59,540 nucleotides of DNA. It comes from an uncultured Desulfurococcaceae archaeon (GTDB lineage Archaea > Thermoproteota > Thermoprotei_A > Sulfolobales > NBVN01). The stretch spans positions 1-59,540 of the forward strand of contig CAZFVC010000001.1 of assembly GCA_964522175.1 (NCBI GenBank), written 5' to 3'. The notes beneath the pieces were generated by a model. The model saw only the letters and a program-made list of their open reading frames with translations. It ran no database searches and was not told the origin of the DNA. Positions 52,238-59,540 of this stretch are shown here, in pieces; position 1 is the first letter of the stretch; each line of letters begins with the position of its first letter. Made by a program: the position numbers and the translations under genes.

Positions 52238-55012
52238 ATGCTTAACGACAGGCTGAAGAAGGTTATGGAGGATGTGGGTATCCGGGAGCTGACCCCTGTC
52301 CAGTCGGTTGCGATACCTAAGGTACTCAGCGGCAGGCATGTCCTCATAATTGCGCCTACGGGAAGCGGGAAGACGGAAGCGGCCCTCCTCCCCATAATGT
52401 CTAGGATGCTTGATGTGGGACTTAAGTACAGGCCTGTCTGCGCCCTGTACATCACTCCCCTCAGAGCGCTTAACAGGGACATGTTCCTTAGGATTAGGAG
52501 GATTGGGAAACACCTAGGTGTGTCTGTCGCTATAAGGCATGGGGACACATCCAGCAGTGCTAGGAGGGCCATAGCCCTTAACCCTCCCCACATACTGATA
52601 ACTACGCCGGAAACCTTCACCTACCTCCTCGTGAATGAGGGGATGAGGAAGCACCTCACTAACGTTAGGTGGGTAGTTATTGATGAGTTTCATGAGTTAC
52701 TCGCCAGCAAGAGAGGGGCACACCTCCTAGCCGATTTAGAGAGGTTGAGGAGGATAGCAGGCCCGTTCCAGAGGATAGCCCTCTCAGCCTCGATAGGTGA
52801 CCCGCGGAAGGCTGCGGAGGCACTGGCTCCAGGAAAGTTTGTGGATATTGCTGAAGTCCCGGGGGTTAGGGAGGCCGACATAGGTGTTTACGCGCCCGGG
52901 GATTACGGCGGTGAAGTGAAGGATAAGGTGGATCTGATAGCTGAGCTTGTGAGGAAGTTTGGGAAAACCCTGATCTTCACCAACACCAGGGATGAGGCGG
53001 AGTGGCTTGGCAGGAAACTGACTGATAGAGGGCTTGATGTCAGGGTTCACCACGGCTCCCTCTCCAAGGCGTTGAGGGAGGAGGTTGAGGAGCTGCTTAG
53101 GGAAGGTGGGATACAGGCCGTTGTCTCGACCTCAAGCCTCGAGCTAGGTATCGACATAGGTCATGTCTCGGCAGTTATTCAGTCATCATCCCCTAGGCAG
53201 GCCAGTAAATTCCTTCAGAGGATCGGCAGATCCCTCCATAGGGTGGGGCTTAGGGCGAGAGGCTTCATAGTGACGGACCTGAACGGGAACGACATGCTTG
53301 AGTCTGTAGTTATAGCTAGGCGGACGAGGGACGGAGATATTGAGGAGGTGAGGCCCTACCTAATGCCTATCGATGTCCTTTCACATGTGCTCGTCGGTAT
53401 GGGGATGGAGGGCGAGGGATTCACCCCTAGGGAAGCCTTAGAAATCCTTAAGGCTTCCTACCCCTTCCTACACCTAGATATGGATATTCTTACAGGCGTT
53501 ATCGAGTTCCTAACCTCATTAAGGTACCTCAGGTTCGTTAACGGGAAATTCAGAACATCCATGAAGGGCAAGATCTACTACTACAGAACCACCATGATTG
53601 TGGACACAGTCCAGTTCCGGGTTATCGACGTGTTGAGTAATAGGGTAATTGGGTCGCTGGACGGAGACTTCGTCTCCATAAACCTTACTGAGGGTTCATC
53701 AATAGTTCTTTCCGGCAGGATGTGGAGGGTTGTCGGGATAGATGATGACAATAAGAAGGTTTTCGTTGAGCAATTCCCTGCGGAGGAGGCGTCCATACCT
53801 ACCTGGGTGGGGGAGAATATTCCTGTCGATTATAAGGTTTCTAGGGAGGCCTGCGGCCTGCGGAGGCTTATCGCTTTAGGCTACATACCTCAACACTACA
53901 GGGAGATTGCCTCACCTCAGCTGATTGAGTATGTTAGGAAGCTTATTGGTAGGCATGCAGGGAAGGGGTTCCCGATACCGTCCGATAGGGAGGTTGTTGT
54001 GGAGATTGTTTCAGGTAGGCAGACACTTATAGTGATTCATGCGTGTCTAGGTAGCCGCGGCAATAGAGGGCTTTCCTACGCAGTATCCACACCGCTTATC
54101 AAGTACCTCGGGGTTGAACCCAGGATCAAGATCGATCCCTACGCAATATATCTGGAGCTCCCTTACCAGGTTACTGCAGCGATAGTTAGGAAGCTGGTTG
54201 AGGAGGCACTTACGTCCAGGGATCCTGAATCCCTTATCAGGGAAGGGATATCTAGGTCATCCCTCATGAAGGCCGTTGCCTTCAAGGTTCTTTCAAGGCT
54301 TGGAGTTATCCCTAGGGAGGCCCCTCCACAGGTCGTTAAGGTGCTTGTGAATAGGTATGTTGAACACCCCCTAGTAAGGGAAGAGGTTTTCAGGGAGGTG
54401 TTCACTAGGTATGCTAATCCGGACCCAGTGATCGCCACCGTTGAAGGGATTCGTGAGGGGAAGGTTAGGCTTCGATTCATTGAGGTGAGTTCACCCTCAC
54501 CCATAGCTGAGGAGGGTATTAGGATAAGCGCGGGGTTCGACCGTGTTAAGGGAGGGAATCTTCCGAGGAACGTGGTTAGCGAGCTTGTGAAGAGGAGGCT
54601 TATGGGGCGTAAGGTGCGTCTCTACTGCATGGTGTGCGGTAATTCATGGGAGGCTGTCGTGGGCGAGCTTCCGGAGAGAATAGTTTGCAGTAAGTGCGGC
54701 TACTCCCTTGTCGCACCCTATTTCGGTAGGGAGGACCTCACACCGCTTGTTAGGAAAGGGCTTAAGGCGGGGAGGAGGTATAAGTTCGTTCTCAGCGGTG
54801 AGGAGAGGAAGAGGTTCGAGGAGTTGATGGAGGCTGCAGACCTTGTCCTAACCTACGGGAGGAGGGCTGTCGTGGCGTTAGCTGCTAGAGGTGTGGGTCC
54901 GAGGAACGCTAGGAGGCTCCTGACCGCTAGGGAGGACTCAGACTTCTATGTCCGTCTGCATGATGCTGAAAGAACATTCCTTAGGACTAGGAGGTACTGG
55001 AAGAATCGTTAA
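52238..55012 (+). CDS. lhr: Lhr-type superfamily 2 DEAD/DEAH-box helicase
   Basis: 924 aa. It has motif I (IAPTGSGKTEAALLP), motif II (VIDEFHEL), a helicase C domain (HHGSLSKALREEVEE, TSSLELGIDIG), a long C-terminal extension and a Zn ribbon (CMVCG...CSKCG). Confidence 0.9.
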   Translation: MLNDRLKKVMEDVGIRELTPVQSVAIPKVLSGRHVLIIAPTGSGKTEAALLPIMSRMLDVGLKYRPVCALYITPLRALNRDMFLRIRRIGKHLGVSVAIRHGDTSSSARRAIALNPPHILITTPETFTYLLVNEGMRKHLTNVRWVVIDEFHELLASKRGAHLLADLERLRRIAGPFQRIALSASIGDPRKAAEALAPGKFVDIAEVPGVREADIGVYAPGDYGGEVKDKVDLIAELVRKFGKTLIFTNTRDEAEWLGRKLTDRGLDVRVHHGSLSKALREEVEELLREGGIQAVVSTSSLELGIDIGHVSAVIQSSSPRQASKFLQRIGRSLHRVGLRARGFIVTDLNGNDMLESVVIARRTRDGDIEEVRPYLMPIDVLSHVLVGMGMEGEGFTPREALEILKASYPFLHLDMDILTGVIEFLTSLRYLRFVNGKFRTSMKGKIYYYRTTMIVDTVQFRVIDVLSNRVIGSLDGDFVSINLTEGSSIVLSGRMWRVVGIDDDNKKVFVEQFPAEEASIPTWVGENIPVDYKVSREACGLRRLIALGYIPQHYREIASPQLIEYVRKLIGRHAGKGFPIPSDREVVVEIVSGRQTLIVIHACLGSRGNRGLSYAVSTPLIKYLGVEPRIKIDPYAIYLELPYQVTAAIVRKLVEEALTSRDPESLIREGISRSSLMKAVAFKVLSRLGVIPREAPPQVVKVLVNRYVEHPLVREEVFREVFTRYANPDPVIATVEGIREGKVRLRFIEVSSPSPIAEEGIRISAGFDRVKGGNLPRNVVSELVKRRLMGRKVRLYCMVCGNSWEAVVGELPERIVCSKCGYSLVAPYFGREDLTPLVRKGLKAGRRYKFVLSGEERKRFEELMEAADLVLTYGRRAVVALAARGVGPRNARRLLTAREDSDFYVRLHDAERTFLRTRRYWKNR

Positions 55013-55048
55013 GGAATTTAAGAGCTTGGACATAACTACTCCTTAGTA

Positions 55049-56434
55049 GTGGTGTGGGACATGCCTTGGTCCATACTTAAGCTGCTTAGGGAGAACCCGG
55101 AGATTATGAGGGAAACCCTCAGGAAGAGGTTCATGGATCCCGGAATGGTTGACAGATTCATTGAGGCGGATAATGAGTGGAGGAAGGTTCAGACAGAGCT
55201 TAATCAGCTGAGGCATCGACACAACAAAATATCTTCAAGGATTGCGAAGATGCCTCCAGAGGAGAGGGGGAAAGCTATTGCTGAAGCTAAGAAACTTCTT
55301 GAAGAGATCGGCAGGCTTGAGGCCAGGCTTAAGGAAGTGTCTGAGCTGAGGAAGAACCTCTTGGACGGAATGCCTAACCCGCTTCATGAGTCAGTCCCCG
55401 TAGGCCCTGACGAATCCCATAACGCAGTTGTGAGGGTTTGGGGGAAGGCGGTTGTTCAGAGGAAGTATCTCGACGCCTTCCTAGCTGAGACTGAGGGTAG
55501 GGGGGTGAGGATGGATTACGAAGTTACTGAGAGGGAATTTGTTGGGCATGCAGACATGTTGGAGAACGTTCTGGGTTTAGGGGACACTCTAAAGGCCGGC
55601 GAGGTCGCGGGGTCGAGATTCTACTACATCTTTCAGGATCTTGTTTGGCTTGATTTCGCCCTACTTACCTACGCCATGGATTACTTAACGAGTAAAGGCT
55701 TCACCCTAGTGATACCTCCATACATAATGAAGGGCAAGTTCATGAGGGCTGTCGAGGAGTTCGAGGCGTTTAAGGACGCACTCTACAAGATTGAGGGTGA
55801 GGACCTATACCTCATAGCCACAGCTGAACATCCGCTCGCCGCCCTTCACGCCGGTGACGTGATCCCTGAGGAGGACCTTCCCCTACTCTACGTGGGTGTG
55901 AGCCCGTGCTTCAGGAAGGAGGCCGGGGCAGCTAACAGGGATATTAAAGGGATTTTCAGGGTTCACCAGTTCCATAAGGTGGAGCAGTTCGCATACACCC
56001 TTCCTGAAGACAGCTGGAAGGTTTTCGACATGCTGATCGGTAATTCGGAGGAGCTTTACAGAGGCCTAGGCATACCGCACAGGGTGGTGAACATTGCTTC
56101 AGGCGAGCTTAACCTTAGGGCAGCGATGAAGTACGATCTGGAGGCTTGGTATCCTGCCCAAGGAAGGTTCAGGGAGCTTGTGAGCTGTAGCAACGTGCTG
56201 GACTGGCAGGCGTATAAACTAAACGTGAAGTACCTGAGGAGGAAAGGGATGGTTAGGGACTTCCTCCACATGCTTAACTCGACAGCCATAGCGAGCACTA
56301 GGACAATTACTGCAATACTGGAGAATTTCCAGAGGGAGGACGGTGTCGTCGAGGTACCTAAGGCCCTGAGGAAGTATCTTGAGCCCTTCTCGAAAGCCCC
56401 GAAGGACTACATATACCCGAGGAAGAAGTCTTAA
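55049..56434 (+). CDS. serS: Seryl-tRNA synthetase
   Basis: It has an N-terminal coiled-coil arm and class II motifs (FRKEAGAANRDIKGIFRVHQFHKVEQF, GELNLRAAMKYDLEAWYP). The real start is probably the ATG at 55061 (MPWSILKLL). Confidence 0.93.
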   Translation: MVWDMPWSILKLLRENPEIMRETLRKRFMDPGMVDRFIEADNEWRKVQTELNQLRHRHNKISSRIAKMPPEERGKAIAEAKKLLEEIGRLEARLKEVSELRKNLLDGMPNPLHESVPVGPDESHNAVVRVWGKAVVQRKYLDAFLAETEGRGVRMDYEVTEREFVGHADMLENVLGLGDTLKAGEVAGSRFYYIFQDLVWLDFALLTYAMDYLTSKGFTLVIPPYIMKGKFMRAVEEFEAFKDALYKIEGEDLYLIATAEHPLAALHAGDVIPEEDLPLLYVGVSPCFRKEAGAANRDIKGIFRVHQFHKVEQFAYTLPEDSWKVFDMLIGNSEELYRGLGIPHRVVNIASGELNLRAAMKYDLEAWYPAQGRFRELVSCSNVLDWQAYKLNVKYLRRKGMVRDFLHMLNSTAIASTRTITAILENFQREDGVVEVPKALRKYLEPFSKAPKDYIYPRKKS

Positions 56435-56721
56435 TCTTCTTCCCCGCCTGCAGGAAGGATTTTCTTAGCGAGCTTCCTTAACACACCCTTCTCAGCTTCA
56501 GGCCTCAGATTAACTGCTTTCCCGTAAAGGAACTGTATCTCCTCATCCGTCGCGTAGTCGAGAGGTATACCTACTCTACCACCCTGCTCCCACCTATCAT
56601 ACAGCTGATCAAGAAGCCCCATAACCTCTGGATCGTCGTAGAAAGCTGCCTTTCGCCAAGGGTTCGTGCTCTCATCAATAAGTCTCGTGAGTTCCTTAAC
56701 CATGCTTTCCCTTGATGGCAT
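56431..56721 (-). CDS. Hypothetical protein (96 aa)
   Basis: Plausible composition. Its 3' end overlaps the serS stop by 4 nt. It is divergent from the wHTH gene. No family was recognised. Confidence 0.55.
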   Translation of the reverse strand: MPSRESMVKELTRLIDESTNPWRKAAFYDDPEVMGLLDQLYDRWEQGGRVGIPLDYATDEEIQFLYGKAVNLRPEAEKGVLRKLAKKILPAGGEED

Positions 56722-56770
56722 GAGCTCACCATCTTTATTAGTTTACAGCCGTATTAATCTATGATGCGGA

Positions 56771-57439
56771 GTGAGCGTTGACAGGAAGGTTCTGGCGTTC
56801 ATTAAGCTCAACCCTGGAGCAACCCCCCGCGAGATAGCTGACGGTTTAGGTCTCCCCTACAACACTGTGAGGGGAGCTATACTCAGGCTTAGGGAGGCCG
56901 GCTACTTAATAAGGTCTTCCAGGGGAGGCTACGTCGTTAGGGTCGGCCTACCCTCCTCGGTTGAGGATGAGTTAACACCTGCCCAGGTAAGCAGGTCGCA
57001 GGCCGAGACACTGGCTGAGCTGAAGACAGTGATTCTTGACTTGAGGGAGGCGGTGGAGGAGCTTACTCGAAGAGTTGACAGGCTTGAGAAGGAGCTTAAC
57101 CTGCTGAAGAAAGGTATTCAACCTAAGCACCCGCCTAGGCCGAGGGAGATGGGTGACCCCCTCCTCAATGAGTTGAGGAGGTCTGGAGTGATTAAGCTCG
57201 GCGACGCTGCGAGGCTTGCTAGGGAACCCCTAGAAAACTACTTCAAGAAAGGGGTGGCTGTCCCTGTAGGCGGGTTAATTGTTTCTGCAGAATTCCTTGA
57301 GAGGTTTAAGAAGAGGTTTCCGTTAAGCATGAGTAAGGTGCAGTCCTTAAGCAAGGAGGAGAAGGAACTGCTTAATGAGATGACTAGGGAGGGCCTCGTA
57401 TACCTCCATGGTGGGAGGGAGTACAGACTTATTGAGTGA
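56771..57439 (+). CDS. Winged-helix (MarR/ArsR-like) DNA-binding protein with a coiled-coil and a second C-terminal wH-like segment
   Basis: 222 aa, GTG start. The N-terminus reads LAFIKLNPGATPREIADGLGLPYNTVRGAILRLREAGYLIR. The central leucine-rich coil is LKTVILDLREAVEELTRRVDRLEKELNLL. Confidence 0.7.
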   Translation: MSVDRKVLAFIKLNPGATPREIADGLGLPYNTVRGAILRLREAGYLIRSSRGGYVVRVGLPSSVEDELTPAQVSRSQAETLAELKTVILDLREAVEELTRRVDRLEKELNLLKKGIQPKHPPRPREMGDPLLNELRRSGVIKLGDAARLAREPLENYFKKGVAVPVGGLIVSAEFLERFKKRFPLSMSKVQSLSKEEKELLNEMTREGLVYLHGGREYRLIE

Positions 57440-58216
57440 TTAGAACCTGCCCTTAATCAGGTCGAGCGCGAGCCCTTTAATCCCCTCAATAATGCATTCC
57501 TTCAGCCTCTCCCCCTTATCCCTTGTTGCGAGGTCAGGACGCCCGAAATGGCCGTCCCCATGCGTGTCGATAGATTCCGGCCTGTAGACATAGGCTTTAG
57601 GCCTCACCCTTAGCTTAAGGCTGTGCCACCTATCACTATACTTCCTGTGGGGCTTACTGCCCCTGCTGGGGGATTCAGCGATTCGCAACCCTAGAGCCAT
57701 AGCGAGGCTTGTCTCGACCTCGTCCGCATGGAAGAAGGGCGTCTCGAATAGGACATCAATAAGGTCTCCACATATTTCCCAGACACTCGCGATAGACACG
57801 GTCCCCTTACCTGCGGCCTCCACAGCATCCCTTGCTGCAATCCTTAACGCGTCGGAGTTCCCTGCATGCCCGTTAACTATGAGGATGTTTGTACAGTCTG
57901 AGGAAATTATGGAGAGGATAACGTCCTTCAGGAGAGATATGTAGGTTTCTGTTCTTAGGGTCACCGTCCCTGGGTAGGCAGCCCACATACTGCTGAGTCC
58001 GTAGGGCAGAGGAGGAAGTTTTAATGCATTAATCCCTTCCTTCTCAAGCCTCTCCACCGCCTCGCTACTCAGCATGTCGGCTATTAGGTAGTCCGTCCCA
58101 AGCGGCAGGTGGGGGCCATGCTGCTCAACACTGCCGACTGGGAGTATAGCTATTGATTCCTTAGTCTTGCAGACTTCATTAATCTCTTTCCAGGTCAGCC
58201 TGTCCCAGGAGGTCAT
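57440..58216 (-). CDS. Creatininase-family amidohydrolase
   Basis: 258 aa. It has [19 protein letters not shown] and VNGHAGN, typical of the creatininase/ArfB family. It overlaps the glyA stop by 4 nt. Confidence 0.88.
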   Translation of the reverse strand: MTSWDRLTWKEINEVCKTKESIAILPVGSVEQHGPHLPLGTDYLIADMLSSEAVERLEKEGINALKLPPLPYGLSSMWAAYPGTVTLRTETYISLLKDVILSIISSDCTNILIVNGHAGNSDALRIAARDAVEAAGKGTVSIASVWEICGDLIDVLFETPFFHADEVETSLAMALGLRIAESPSRGSKPHRKYSDRWHSLKLRVRPKAYVYRPESIDTHGDGHFGRPDLATRDKGERLKECIIEGIKGLALDLIKGRF

Positions 58217-59511
58217 AGCAGCATAGGCACCTTAATAATGCTTTCCTTAACCTCTTCGGGTACGTTGAACCCGTACTTAATCTCTATGAACCCCTTCCTG
58301 AACTCAATAACTTTCTTCTTCACTTCTGAAGGATCCTTGCCGTCGATAAGCACCTCCCTCATGAACCTCGCCACTTCCTTGAAGTCGCTTTCCTTCATTC
58401 CGAACCGGGTCATTTCCTGCACACCTATCCTTATCCCGGACGGGTCCTTAACAGCCTCAGGCGGGTCCCACGGGAGCAGGTTCTTATTCAGTATGATGTT
58501 CGCGTCCTCAAGCAGTTTAGCGACCTTAGCACCTCCACCCTGAGGCCTCACATCAACCACGAACGCATGGGACTTCGTGAACCCTAAGTGCTCCGTAGGA
58601 ATCTTAAAGCCCTCCTCCGTTAAAGCCTCCGCGAAAGCCCTAGCGTTCCTAACTATCTGGGACGCATAATCCTTCCCGAACTCCATCATCTCCACAGCCG
58701 TCACGGCCATCGCGGGAAGCCTGTGGAGGTGGTGGTTACTCAGGAACCACGGGAATATAGTCTTCGATATGGGTTTATACACCTCCTTAAGGTTCGTTAA
58801 TATTACACCGCCCTGCGGGCCTGGGAACGTCTTATGGGTTGATGAAGTAACCACATCGGCACCCTCATGCACAGGGTTAGGCCACACCTTCCCGGCTATG
58901 AGACCTAGCACGTGGGCAACGTCATGCATAACCCTAGCCCCAACCTCGTGTGCGGCGTCGGCAATCTCCTTCGTTGGGTGAGGGAAGAGATAGACGCTCG
59001 CACCTAAAGTAACGAACTTGGGCCTAACCTCCCTAATCAGCTTAACCGCCCCGTCAACATCGATATTCCAGTTCTCCTCATCGAAAGGAAGCTCAACCTG
59101 CTGAATACCTAAAGCACCTAAAGTACCGAACTTCGTGTGGGAGACGTGGGCCCCCGCCTGCACTGGAGCGATGAGTGCCTTATCACCTGGCTCTGCGAAA
59201 TTCCTGAAAACAATGGCATTAGCTATAGTACCGCTAATAGGTCTAGGCTCAACATACTCAACCTCGAAAAGCCTCTTCATAAGGTCCATGACAAGGAACT
59301 CGATCTCGTCAGTATATATGTTCCCCTGATAATACCTCTTCCCCGGCTTACCCTCAGCATACCTATGCATCATGTCGGTGAAGTATGCAGCCTCAGCCAG
59401 CGGAGACATAACATTCTCGGAAGCAATCAGATTAATGCATTCAAACCTCCTCCATCTGTTGTGGGCTCTAGTAATCTCAATAATTCTTCTCACATCTTTG
59501 GGGAGAGACAT
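58213..59511 (-). CDS. glyA: Serine hydroxymethyltransferase
   Basis: 432 aa. It has [10 protein letters not shown] and the PLP-lysine motif [16 protein letters not shown]. Confidence 0.95.
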   Translation of the reverse strand: MSLPKDVRRIIEITRAHNRWRRFECINLIASENVMSPLAEAAYFTDMMHRYAEGKPGKRYYQGNIYTDEIEFLVMDLMKRLFEVEYVEPRPISGTIANAIVFRNFAEPGDKALIAPVQAGAHVSHTKFGTLGALGIQQVELPFDEENWNIDVDGAVKLIREVRPKFVTLGASVYLFPHPTKEIADAAHEVGARVMHDVAHVLGLIAGKVWPNPVHEGADVVTSSTHKTFPGPQGGVILTNLKEVYKPISKTIFPWFLSNHHLHRLPAMAVTAVEMMEFGKDYASQIVRNARAFAEALTEEGFKIPTEHLGFTKSHAFVVDVRPQGGGAKVAKLLEDANIILNKNLLPWDPPEAVKDPSGIRIGVQEMTRFGMKESDFKEVARFMREVLIDGKDPSEVKKKVIEFRKGFIEIKYGFNVPEEVKESIIKVPMLL

Positions 59512-59540
59512 TTAATCATCACCATTAAATAAGGTTGTCA

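Noticed and set aside
52219-52620. 133-aa and 93-aa minus-strand ORFs at the 5' end of lhr
   Set aside because: They are antisense to the helicase motif I region and have no motifs of their own. The real upstream gene (the HerA-like ATPase) ends its coding region at 52163.
1-59540. CRISPR arrays, rRNA genes, IS elements or transposases
   Set aside because: I saw no regularly spaced direct repeats, no rRNA-like GC-rich blocks other than the single tRNA, and no DDE, tyrosine- or serine-recombinase-like ORFs. The only mobile element recognised is the atpA intein.

Overview
This 59.5-kb window looks like core chromosome of a hyperthermophilic crenarchaeon. The evidence is gene content: GatD/GatE, two PCNA paralogs, PriL, Nop5-fibrillarin, Gar1, SRP19, S8e/S30e, TFB, class I CCA-adding enzyme, and an intron-containing tRNA. 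No species can be assigned from the sequence alone. Coding density is very high (about 65 genes) and many neighbouring genes overlap by 4-20 nt.

Main blocks:
- An A1AO ATP synthase operon in the order H-I-K-E-C-F-A (1-8042, minus strand).
- A replication and translation block: PCNA, Lrp, PriL, MetRS.
- A divergent glycine-cleavage cluster, gcvH-gcvT and gcvPA-gcvPB. The SHMT gene glyA lies at the far end of the window.
- GatDE, S30e, Nop5-fibrillarin, Trm1, TFB, Gar1, SRP19, S8e and UppS.
- A tRNA-processing group: Trm-G10, an RNase Z-like protein, CCA-adding enzyme, a 2H phosphoesterase and tRNA-Pro.
- A DNA-related neighbourhood: a second PCNA paralog, a membrane-anchored HerA/FtsK-like ATPase and an Lhr-type helicase.

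Observations most worth a second look:
1. atpA is missing from the supplied ORF track. It carries a 540-codon LAGLIDADG intein inserted in the P-loop, between GSGK and T.
2. A P-loop ATPase of the HerA/FtsK type is fused to about 7 transmembrane helices. It sits next to a protein with an acidic head and a lysine-rich tail, and diverges from an Lhr helicase. This could be a DNA-translocation module.
3. A truncated TFB paralog has its first zinc-ribbon CxxC upstream of every canonical start codon. The only codon in initiator position is ACG, preceded by a GGTGAT Shine-Dalgarno-like motif.
4. The c-subunit (proteolipid) is hairpin-duplicated, with 4 TM helices and only one conserved carboxylate.
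5. A candidate C/D box sRNA may be driven by a palindromic TATA element shared with PCNA.

No CRISPR array, rRNA, transposase or integrase was recognised. All family assignments rest on motif recognition by eye. No database searches were run.
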